Shown piece after piece: positions 25,518 through 33,337 of a stretch of 47,115 bases of DNA. The translations under genes and the position numbers were made by a program. Origin of the DNA: Candidatus Methanophagales archaeon. GTDB lineage: Archaea; Halobacteriota; Syntropharchaeia; Alkanophagales; Methanospirareceae. The notes under the pieces were generated by a model. The model was given only the letters and a program-made list of their open reading frames with translations. It searched no databases and was not told the origin of the DNA. Each line of letters begins with the position of its first letter. The stretch's first letter is position 1. The stretch covers positions 1 through 47,115 of the forward strand of contig JAGLZV010000097.1 of the NCBI GenBank assembly GCA_023131215.1, given 5' to 3'.

Positions 25518-27045
25518 CCACCTCTGAGAATATGTCAGGGGCTTTACCAGCGTCCGCTTCAGGATGCTCCATCCGCCTGATTTTTACAGGAATTGCATGT
25601 TTAATGGTGTCATAAGTTCCTGTAAGAATACAAGTTCCTACTGGAGCTTTGGGCAATCTACCGATCATCTCCTGTGTCGCATCTGCCTTAACACCCTGAA
25701 TTGATTGTAATTGATCAGGTTCGATAGCGAACAGAAGTCTTGTGTTGCACTGTCTGATCGCTTTTTTGTCGATGTCCATGGGGCTTTGAGTGATAAGGAC
25801 AACACAAATTCCGTGATGCCGCCCGATTCTAACTGATTCTCGGATAATTTGCTTACACGGACTGCTTTCATCTTGGGGGACAAATAGATGAGCTTCATCG
25901 ATAAAAATAACATAGGGCTTTATTTCACCTCTTTTTCGCAGTTCGTTCAATTCTCTCAACGTCGATGCTAGGATAAATTGTAGACTTTGCCTACCAAAAC
26001 CTTTGCAGTTTATATCTACAACATAGTTAGGCTTTAAAACGTCCTGCCAATTAAATTCTTGCCCTAAAAAATCATAACGACTCAGGTAATACCGAGTTCT
26101 ACCTACGACCATATCCACTGTATTGGGTTTAGCCGCCATATCCGGACCAATTCGTTCTATAGTCTCTATCAAATCGTTGAGATCAAAATCGCCTTTATTT
26201 GTGGTGGAAATAGTTGTTTGAGGTATTCCCGTAGGTCCTCCTTCTTTCAGTGTTAGAAATGCTTTTGTCAAGAGACTAACGTGTAATTCATGAGTTATGG
26301 CAGGTATTAAATCCAGTAGTTCAGTTTCTGTTAAAGATGAGAGTTTTATCCAATAGTCTCTTCCAGGCACCAATACAGTACCATCCAATGCTTCAGTTAA
26401 AGGAGCAAATTCGTATTGGGTATCAAAAAATATGATTGGGATTTTTTGCTTGTGAATTTCTTCTGCAAGCACTTTTGCAGCATACGATTTTCCTCCACCT
26501 GTTGTACCACCAATAAATACATGTCTTTGGATAATCTCTCTTTTTATTGCTACAGGTATTTTCTCTTCCTCTGCTATCGAAACAGCAAGCGTGCCGATAT
26601 TTAAACTTTTTTCAAGGTCAACTTCCAGACCCATTACATCTGTAATCACTTTCTGTGGGGGCACAAAGACTTCAGAGCCAGATCTGGGCATTTTTTCTGG
26701 AGGGTATATTTCATATACCCCGTTCAGTTCTTTGACTTCATCTATAATTTCTGCTTGATATCGCCTATGAATAGTTAAAGATAAATCTTCTCCGGGATAG
26801 TCTGGTTTGATTCCCATTGTATCTCTTACAGTAACGCGATCAGACGATTCATGGGGATTATATTCATGTGAAGAAGTGATCCGGCCCACAAGGAATGTAT
26901 TATCAGAAACAGATACTGCGACAAGCGTTCCAGGTGTAACATATTTGCCATGCTTTGCTTTGAATCTAAGAATTTCAAAACTGGGTGAAACATCGTCGGA
27001 TACTACTGTACCGATAATATTTTCAGTTTTACTCCCTTCACGCAT
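25510..27045 (-). CDS. HerA/FtsK-superfamily (DUF87-type) ATPase
   Basis: HAS-barrel-like N-terminus (IIGTVVSDDV...LVGRITS), Walker A GGTTGGGKS and Walker B VIFIDEAHLF. Confidence 0.8.
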   Translation of the reverse strand: MREGSKTENIIGTVVSDDVSPSFEILRFKAKHGKYVTPGTLVAVSVSDNTFLVGRITSSHEYNPHESSDRVTVRDTMGIKPDYPGEDLSLTIHRRYQAEIIDEVKELNGVYEIYPPEKMPRSGSEVFVPPQKVITDVMGLEVDLEKSLNIGTLAVSIAEEEKIPVAIKREIIQRHVFIGGTTGGGKSYAAKVLAEEIHKQKIPIIFFDTQYEFAPLTEALDGTVLVPGRDYWIKLSSLTETELLDLIPAITHELHVSLLTKAFLTLKEGGPTGIPQTTISTTNKGDFDLNDLIETIERIGPDMAAKPNTVDMVVGRTRYYLSRYDFLGQEFNWQDVLKPNYVVDINCKGFGRQSLQFILASTLRELNELRKRGEIKPYVIFIDEAHLFVPQDESSPCKQIIRESVRIGRHHGICVVLITQSPMDIDKKAIRQCNTRLLFAIEPDQLQSIQGVKADATQEMIGRLPKAPVGTCILTGTYDTIKHAIPVKIRRMEHPEADAGKAPDIFSEVGV

Positions 27046-27115
27046 TTTGTCAATAGATTGTTCTACCGTTTATCATCACCCCTTTTGATTGTATCTGTTA
27101 GTTCCAATTACCATA

Positions 27116-27211
27116 TTAAATTTTGCATTGCCCGAAGTCCGATTGCGTATAACGTAGCATATCCGAGCATGGTTCGTATATACCACCCTTTAACTGAACC
27201 TTCTCAATCAT
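27116..27211 (-). CDS. Candidate 31-aa small ORF inside repeat element A (uncertain)
   Basis: GGAGG RBS plus ATG, encoding MIEKVQLKGGIYEPCSDMLRYTQSDFGQCKI. A paralogous ORF is at 30030-30140. Confidence 0.2.
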   Translation of the reverse strand: MIEKVQLKGGIYEPCSDMLRYTQSDFGQCKI

Positions 27212-27294
27212 TTTTCTCCTCCTGACTTTTAAGTAGAGGAGAGTATATAAATAACTTGCGTAAACTGCGTCGAGAAATGATGTGTTATATTACG
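27145..27294. repeat. Island repeat element A, bounded by GCGTATAAC ... GTTATATTACG
   Basis: Inverted terminal words with adjacent (G/T)(C/G)ATAT(A/C)CGA extension. Related to 30068-30269, 29319-29395, 22669-22721 and 28297-28328. Confidence 0.6.
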
Positions 27295-27455
27295 TCACAA
27301 AGACTTTTCACTTCAATCAATGCATTAAATCTCTCCCAACAACAAAACAACGAGTAGATCATCTTATATAAGGTTTGTCGAACCGTTTATCAAAAGCGTT
27401 GTTTTTCTTTAACTGTGGATTCCAGTATAAATTATGTCCAAATAATTTAACTTTT

Positions 27456-28247
27456 TCATTCCATCTTATCGAAAATCCGACTCCTTAGATATTCTATAAC
27501 AAGTTTTATTGCCCTCTCTATTGCTACATCCCTTTGCTTAACAATACTATCGCCCCTGTTCAATCGTTCGTCAATAATGCCCGTCACACAAGCGGTGGGA
27601 ATATTAAACAGTCTTCCCATTATAAAAAGCAATGAGCATTCCATGTCCATATTTACCGCACCTAACCTGCTCCAATAAGTCACGGCATCTCTATATCTGG
27701 GCTCATTGGGCTGGTATCCACGAAATCCATCCTTTCTACCCTGACCGGTATAAAGTGTTGCCGTAGAAACGGTAATTCCACTTACATAAGGAATCGCAAG
27801 TTTTTCCGCCATTTGAATCAATTCGTATGTCATCTTGATGTCAGGAACGGCGGGATATTCTGGGTCAGGAATAATTTGTGAAGATGCCCCGTCTAATCTT
27901 ACCGCACCTTCTGAAATAGCGACTTTCCCTGCTGATGCTTCTTTACTTAAACCGCCACATGTGCCAACACGAATTACCCCTTTTAATACCGGCATAATCT
28001 TGAATGCCTCGTCTAACATTATTGAAAGCCCTGGTCCTCCTATTCCATGTGAAATTACTGCTACTTTCGTACCCTGTAACGTTCCCATCCAGGTTCTATA
28101 TTCTCGATTATTACCTATCAGTTCAGAATCGTTTAAATGAGCGGCAATTTTATCTGTTCTCTCTGGGTCTCCACATGTGACCAACCATTGAGCATCACTT
28201 ACATGATTTTTACTGATAGCCAGATGGTATGTAGTTCGCATGTTCAC
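27456..28247 (-). CDS. PNP/UDP family-1 nucleoside phosphorylase
   Basis: GDPERTDKIA, GIGGPGLSI, RVGTCGG and NMDMECS motifs, typical of uridine/purine nucleoside phosphorylases. Confidence 0.75.
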   Translation of the reverse strand: MNMRTTYHLAISKNHVSDAQWLVTCGDPERTDKIAAHLNDSELIGNNREYRTWMGTLQGTKVAVISHGIGGPGLSIMLDEAFKIMPVLKGVIRVGTCGGLSKEASAGKVAISEGAVRLDGASSQIIPDPEYPAVPDIKMTYELIQMAEKLAIPYVSGITVSTATLYTGQGRKDGFRGYQPNEPRYRDAVTYWSRLGAVNMDMECSLLFIMGRLFNIPTACVTGIIDERLNRGDSIVKQRDVAIERAIKLVIEYLRSRIFDKME

Positions 28248-28296
28248 ACCTTATGTTCTAAAATTTTATAAAGATAAATAGCGGATGACGTTCAGA

Positions 28297-28328
28297 GCAT
28301 ATACGAAATTTCGGTATAGCCGAAATTT
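28297..28328. repeat. Hairpin member of the island repeat family, overlapping the methyltransferase stop codon
   Basis: GCATATACGAAATTTCGG-TATA-GCCGAAATTT. Confidence 0.55.
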
Positions 28329-29139
28329 ATTTCCTGCCAACGTATATTCCGTATCCATAGTATTCTAACAAGTTCTTGGGTGTGCCCCGTGCTCCTTTTG
28401 CCATCTCTTTTATTGCTTTTCTGTAAGTCGAATTTTTGAAGTATAATGACAAAAGCCTACCACATGCTTTGAAAATTCCTGTGAAACCTACCATTCTAAT
28501 GTCACTAACGAATTGCCCTAAAAGAGGGAAGTTGTAGGTTTTCACTACGATATCACTCAATCCAGAACCTTCCAACAATTCTTTCCAACCCTCCGAAGTT
28601 TCCGGTTCGACACCACCAGCACTGCGAAATAAATATTCGACTACTTCGGTTGGAGGCAATGTCTTTATCCAAGTTGACTCATTAAGTCCAATGTATCCCC
28701 CTTGCTTTGTTACTCGCACATATTCGCTTATCGCTTCTCGTTTATCTTCTGGAAATGCGGTTGCGGATTCGCTGATTACTGCATCGAAAAGAGCATCCTC
28801 AAAAAGAAGATTTTGTGCATCCGCTACTTGAAATTCAACTCTACCTTCTACGCCCTCTCTTTTTGCTCTTTCAGTTGATCTGGAAATCATTTCTTCATGA
28901 ATGTCTACACCAACCACTCTACAGCCATACTTTTTTGCTATGTAGCAAGCAGTCATTCCAACACCACAACCAACATCCAGGACGTATTTATCCTCGTTTA
29001 TGTGGCATAACTCAATTAGCTCTCTCGTGGCTTTTAAACCTCCTAAATGTTTTGTGAAACCCATCTCAGCTTGCAAATCAAAGTAGGGATTTTCTAATTC
29101 TGAAATCTCTTTTCGTGATGATTGTTTTTTATTTTCCAT
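28327..29139 (-). CDS. Class I SAM-dependent methyltransferase
   Basis: VLDVGCGVGMTA motif I, VVGVDI post-I and FDAVIS motif II. Start placed at MENKKQ. Confidence 0.8.
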   Translation of the reverse strand: MENKKQSSRKEISELENPYFDLQAEMGFTKHLGGLKATRELIELCHINEDKYVLDVGCGVGMTACYIAKKYGCRVVGVDIHEEMISRSTERAKREGVEGRVEFQVADAQNLLFEDALFDAVISESATAFPEDKREAISEYVRVTKQGGYIGLNESTWIKTLPPTEVVEYLFRSAGGVEPETSEGWKELLEGSGLSDIVVKTYNFPLLGQFVSDIRMVGFTGIFKACGRLLSLYFKNSTYRKAIKEMAKGARGTPKNLLEYYGYGIYVGRK

Positions 29140-29318
29140 TTTTTTACACCGCAGTTCCAGATACCACACCACGAATGTTGTTCGCCCAATTTACAGCCGA
29201 TAACACCTACCTGGTGCTTTTGACTGGTACTTGCTGCACAACCCACAATATAGCCCGCAGCACCCACTGAGATTCTTTGCTTCTATCTTTCATTCTTTAT
29301 TTCCTCCTGAAGCCGGTT

Positions 29319-29395
29319 GCGTAAAACGTTCTGCGTGTATCTGAAGTCAGCCATAGGCGGGATTTGGGCGGAGCTAGATACTATCTGTTATACGC
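29319..29395. repeat. Island repeat element D (77 nt), bounded by GCGTAAAAC ... GTTATACGC
   Basis: Inverted 9-mers (8/9 complementary) read directly. Confidence 0.5.
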
Positions 29396-29409
29396 CGTTG
29401 CCTCTTTGT

Positions 29410-29769
29410 TTACCCCCTACTTTCTTCCACAATACGCAAGGTTTTCTCAGTCACAATTATAAAATTATTGACAAGCTTATCTGAATATGAGTCTAATACT
29501 CGCTCTAATACAGCAATTTTATTCTCAGACCGTTCATCTTCTAATCGCAAAAGGATTACGCCTTTGTGTGGTTTTCTCATCCGGAATACAAGCTCACCAA
29601 AATCTTTATCATTGGTAACCAAAATATAGTTCTCAAGATTTGCTTTTTCTATAATGCTCTCATCGTCTAATCCTCGCGCCTCGTCATAAACGGAAAATAC
29701 ATCGTGATGTAATCTCTGCAACCATTTAGCAACTGCGGGACCCGTGCATTCATCGACAAGAAAACGCAT
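29410..29769 (-). CDS. DUF5615-type PIN-like (Mut7-C-like) putative toxin
   Basis: MRFLVDECTGP...ILVTNDKDFGELV pattern. 2 nt after the DUF433 gene. Confidence 0.7.
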   Translation of the reverse strand: MRFLVDECTGPAVAKWLQRLHHDVFSVYDEARGLDDESIIEKANLENYILVTNDKDFGELVFRMRKPHKGVILLRLEDERSENKIAVLERVLDSYSDKLVNNFIIVTEKTLRIVEESRG

Positions 29770-29771
29770 GT

Positions 29772-30017
29772 CTAAACCGCCTCTACTAAAGGCATAAACG
29801 TTGTGTCTTCGAGTGTTTCAGAAGCGTACAACAAACAGGCTAAAATATCCTCCTTTGTCAATCCTTTGTATTCCTGGAGAATTTCATCAACAGTTGCTCC
29901 ATGTGCTAATAGATTCAGAATGTACTGCACTGTTAACCGCGTGCCTCTAATGACCGGTTTTCCTACCATAATTTTAGGGTTTAACGCAATTCGTTCAAGT
30001 AATTGATTTTGCTCCAT
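29772..30017 (-). CDS. DUF433 domain protein (putative antitoxin)
   Basis: GKPVIRGTRLTVQYILNLLAHGATVDEILQEY..LTKEDILACLLYA, typical DUF433. Confidence 0.75.
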   Translation of the reverse strand: MEQNQLLERIALNPKIMVGKPVIRGTRLTVQYILNLLAHGATVDEILQEYKGLTKEDILACLLYASETLEDTTFMPLVEAV

Positions 30018-30029
30018 TTTTATCTCCCA

Positions 30030-30140
30030 TTATATTTTGTAAGTCATTCTACTATATAAAGGTGATGGCGTATAACGTTGTATATCCGAACATGGTTCGC
30101 ATATACATCCCTCTGGTCGAACTTCTCCATCTTCAATCAT
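30030..30140 (-). CDS. Candidate 36-aa small ORF inside repeat element B (uncertain)
   Basis: GGAGGGGGAG RBS plus ATG, encoding MIEDGEVRPEGCICEPCSDIQRYTPSPLYSRMTYKI. Ends 12 nt before the DUF433 start. Confidence 0.2.
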   Translation of the reverse strand: MIEDGEVRPEGCICEPCSDIQRYTPSPLYSRMTYKI

Positions 30141-30269
30141 CTCCCCCTCCTTTTATTTGTAAACTATCCAATGGACTTTTAATCTTACCTATATCCTTAT
30201 TACCTACATGAGTATATATCTATTCGAAAAAGAAGCAATAGCGAAGCAGCATATCCACCTGTTATACGG
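30068..30269. repeat. Island repeat element B, bounded by GCGTATAAC ... GTTATACGG
   Basis: Inverted ends of about 20 nt (CGTATAACGTTGTATATCC versus the complement of GCATATCCACCTGTTATACGG). Confidence 0.6.
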
Positions 30270-30314
30270 TAGCACGCAAGAACTATTATTGCCCTTGAAC
30301 ATCATTATTTCAGT

Positions 30315-31694
30315 TCATTGTTTTCCGGCAACCAATAGCTTCGGTACATAAGGATTGAACCAAGAACTGAAGTCAACACAATCAGAAGCAATGGCATAGA
30401 TGCGCTTGTACGTAGAATCGTTCTTACGTTTAAGTGCATCGACGACGGAAAACAGCAAATCTCTAATTCCTTCTGGCTGTTGACGACGCAGGCCAAGGAG
30501 AAGTACAAGTGAACGTACAAGGTATGCGAGAGCGCTATCTACTTCGTTAGGGTTCTGAGCAGATTTGAGCACCAGTTGACCATACAATGAAAGATGCGTA
30601 GCACGAAAGCCTGCATCCCATCCGTTTGAAATATCCATGCTCTGCCAGTTCTCATATGCTTTGTCCCAGCGCTTGCAAGCAGCTTCGAGATTGCCCTGTG
30701 CAAGATCTGTTTTGATCAAATGAACGAGACCGTTGTGCTCCCATCGTCGCGCGTGTCTGTATTCGTCCCTGAGATTGAGCGATGCACCTTCCTCGATTGC
30801 ACCTTCGAGATCTATTGCTGCCATCTGAGCATGGCTCAACGCTTGAGTGAGCTCTTGACGGATCTTATCCCAAGACCATCCACTTTCGGTTCCGGAAAAG
30901 CGCATTATGCAGCTCGATTGAGCCAATAGAGCGGTATGTGCTGCCCAACGCCAACGATTCTCAGGTATCGTGATATTCGACTCAAGAATTTTTCTTCCTT
31001 TGAAGAAATCGGAAAAGGCGTCATCGAGCTGACCGCTCAGAAGTTCAATGTAGGCTTTTTCATAGAAGTATCTCGCTTTCAGAGAATCAGTTCGCGGGCT
31101 TTCGGGATGGACCTTTATAATCTCGTTCCATGCACGCCCGAGTGCATTCTTCCTGGCTCTCCTACGAGTGAGTTCAGCGATCTGAAGTTGCAGGAGGCAC
31201 CATGCTTCGCTATCAGTCGGTTCGGACTTTTGCTGGGTCCTTAGATTACCCAATTCTTTTCTTAGATGCCCCTGCTGTTGTGGCCGAGGGCCGTAATCAG
31301 CTCGCAACTGCGTCATGCGTATTCGAGTTATGGGTGGTTTGCCTGCTATCCAACGCTCTCGGCATTCACGCATATTCACTATGGAGCAACAGCCTTGATC
31401 GTAGAGGGTGTGGCAACCCGGCTCGGAGTCGCCTAAGTTCTCCGTGCAAAGAAGCAATAGATTCTCCTCAATCGTTATTGCACATTCGGAGAGTGGTGAG
31501 ATATGGGCTACTTCAAGACGACGTACTTCTGGTGGTGTACGGCCGCAAGCGGCACATTTTTTCGGTTGCAATTGCTGTCGCATCCTCCTTCTGGCAGATC
31601 TTTCCCGCTTTTTTATATCGTACAAGTCAACAAGGCGGCTGTAGTCAGTACCCAAGGCCTTACGGATTTCATACGCTGTTCTAAGAACGTTCAT
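30315..31694 (-). CDS. HNH-motif endonuclease domain fused to a long alpha-helical (TPR-like) region
   Basis: CAACG...LEVAHISPL...ENLLLLC...GCHTLYD matches HNH spacing. The C-terminal 300 aa are helical repeats. Composition is visibly more G+C-rich than the neighbours. Confidence 0.6.
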   Translation of the reverse strand: MNVLRTAYEIRKALGTDYSRLVDLYDIKKRERSARRRMRQQLQPKKCAACGRTPPEVRRLEVAHISPLSECAITIEENLLLLCTENLGDSEPGCHTLYDQGCCSIVNMRECRERWIAGKPPITRIRMTQLRADYGPRPQQQGHLRKELGNLRTQQKSEPTDSEAWCLLQLQIAELTRRRARKNALGRAWNEIIKVHPESPRTDSLKARYFYEKAYIELLSGQLDDAFSDFFKGRKILESNITIPENRWRWAAHTALLAQSSCIMRFSGTESGWSWDKIRQELTQALSHAQMAAIDLEGAIEEGASLNLRDEYRHARRWEHNGLVHLIKTDLAQGNLEAACKRWDKAYENWQSMDISNGWDAGFRATHLSLYGQLVLKSAQNPNEVDSALAYLVRSLVLLLGLRRQQPEGIRDLLFSVVDALKRKNDSTYKRIYAIASDCVDFSSWFNPYVPKLLVAGKQ

Positions 31695-31885
31695 AGCAAA
31701 TACTCCCGATTAGCTAGACACTTCTGGTCACTTAGAGAAAACTTTGACCATACTTCATCATCATTTCCAACACATGAACTTTTGAATATTAAATCTGAAG
31801 TACTTCGCTATATTTAAGTATTTCTATCACCAAATCATCATTTGAAGGGACTGCCCTAATTTGCGATTAATTTTTCCATGCAACA

Positions 31886-33268
31886 ATGATGAAAGAGAAA
31901 GAAGAGATAAAAAGGATATGTGAAGAGGTCATAGAGAGAATAAGACCGGCTAAGGAAGAGAGGAGGAAAGTAAAAGCTGTAACAGACCTTATAATCGCGA
32001 AAATAAACAAGAAAGCAGTAGAAATGGGTATAGAAGCCCATGCAATCTCCGTAGGGTCAACCGCAAGAAATACATGGGTAAGTGGCGAAGCGGACATAGA
32101 CATATTCATCATGTTTCCTGCGGATGTGTCAGAAGAGTATTTAAAAGAGAAGGGTCTTGCTCTCGCAAAAAGCATTTCTGATAGATATGAGGAAAGATAT
32201 GCCTCGCATCCTTATATTCACGCTTATTTTTATGATGCAGAAGGAACAGAGCACGAGGCGGACCTGGTGCCCTGCTTTTCGGTAAAAGACGCATCGGGGT
32301 TGAAATCCGCAGTTGACAGGACTCCTTTTCATAATGAATATATTACGGAGAGAATACCTGGGCTGGAAGAGGAAGTGCTACTGTTAAAACGATTTTTGAA
32401 ATCCGCGGGAATTTATGGCTCTGAGCAAAGACGAAAAGGCTTCTCTGGCTATCTTTGCGAACTCCTCATCCTTAGATATTCCTCTTTCGTCGAGCTATTG
32501 AGAAACGCATCGAAGTGGAAATATGGCGAAAGAATAGATATCGAAGGTCGTGGAAAATACAAAGGGGAAGGAAAAGACCCACTTATTGTAATAGACCCCG
32601 TTGATCCGAACAGGAATGTAGCGGCTGCGGTATCTTTGGATTCTTTTTGCAGGTTAATAGATGCGGCGAGGGATTTTTTGGCGTGTCCTGATGCGAGTTT
32701 CTTCACCATGGAGAAGAAAAAAGAGATGAGCAGGGCTGAATTTGTAAAACTTGTGAAAGAAAGAGGAACAGAGTTCGTAATGGTGCTGTTTGAAGCGCCT
32801 GACGTGGTGGAAGACATATTATTTCCACAGTTGAGAAAAGCAGAAGCATCTGTCACAAGTCTGATAGAAAGAAATGGATTCAGGATATATCGAAGTGATG
32901 TTTCGGTGGAAGGCGACAAAGCGTTTTTGATATTCGAGCTGCTCGTTTGGAATCTCCCAAAAGTAAAAAAGCATGCAGGTCCTCCAGTTACTTCAAAATA
33001 CCATTCTGAGCAGTTCAAAAGCAAATACAAACCCTTTTCTTTCGGAAAAAGAATTGAAAACGGAAGGTATGTGGTAGAGGTAAAGAGAAAATATACGGGT
33101 GCCGTGGAATTGCTGAAGAGCGAGCTGAGATCATGCAGTTTGGGAAAACACGTTTCAGAATCAGTAGATAGGGGGTATGAGGTTTTAAGAAACGAGGAGA
33201 TAAGGTTTTTTGAGGGCGTTGGCTCTTTCTTCAGTGACTATTTTAGCTTTGGCTTTAGCACGGTTTAG
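31886..33268 (+). CDS. cca: Archaeal class I CCA-adding tRNA nucleotidyltransferase
   Basis: GSTARNTWVSGEADIDIFIMFP, RTPFHNEYI and GFSGYLCELL motifs. Confidence 0.85.
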   Translation: MMKEKEEIKRICEEVIERIRPAKEERRKVKAVTDLIIAKINKKAVEMGIEAHAISVGSTARNTWVSGEADIDIFIMFPADVSEEYLKEKGLALAKSISDRYEERYASHPYIHAYFYDAEGTEHEADLVPCFSVKDASGLKSAVDRTPFHNEYITERIPGLEEEVLLLKRFLKSAGIYGSEQRRKGFSGYLCELLILRYSSFVELLRNASKWKYGERIDIEGRGKYKGEGKDPLIVIDPVDPNRNVAAAVSLDSFCRLIDAARDFLACPDASFFTMEKKKEMSRAEFVKLVKERGTEFVMVLFEAPDVVEDILFPQLRKAEASVTSLIERNGFRIYRSDVSVEGDKAFLIFELLVWNLPKVKKHAGPPVTSKYHSEQFKSKYKPFSFGKRIENGRYVVEVKRKYTGAVELLKSELRSCSLGKHVSESVDRGYEVLRNEEIRFFEGVGSFFSDYFSFGFSTV

Positions 33269-33337
33269 TTTACAATTTATTGTGAGATAGCTATCTTGTA
33301 AAAACGAAATTAAGATACAACTTCGAAATGAGGGAAA

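Noticed and set aside
29173-29300. Small minus-strand ORF (MKDRSKESQWVLRAILWVVQQVPVKSTR) ending in TAG, with a possible pyrrolysine read-through into the methyltransferase
   Set aside because: The continuation after TAG is in a different frame from the methyltransferase and ends at TAA before its start. There is no PYLIS-like evidence and no homology reason to invoke Pyl.
30305-30520. 71-aa ORF overlapping the 3' end of the HNH-TPR gene in another frame
   Set aside because: It is nested in the longer, compositionally coherent 459-aa ORF and has no independent signals.
22640-31860. Integron-like cassette array (CALIN) with the GCGTATAAC/GTTATACGC words as attC inverse-core/core sites
   Set aside because: Some features are attractive: uniform gene orientation, the order ...YAAC then GTT..., one 77-nt element and a TA cassette. 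However, no integrase or attI is in the window. The words miss the RYYYAAC/GTTRRRY consensus by one or two positions. Two elements are 150-200 nt, longer than typical attC. I could not find the internal L'/L'' pairing in element D. The repeats are kept as a finding, but the integron label is not supported; IntegronFinder attC models would settle it.
32449-33030. 193-aa minus-strand ORF inside cca, with similar antisense ORFs in purC (34647-35072, 35044-35406), cheW (45147-45581), cheY (45628-45948) and GH38 (40562-42922)
   Set aside because: All are antisense shadows of genes with diagnostic motifs, and none has recognisable features.
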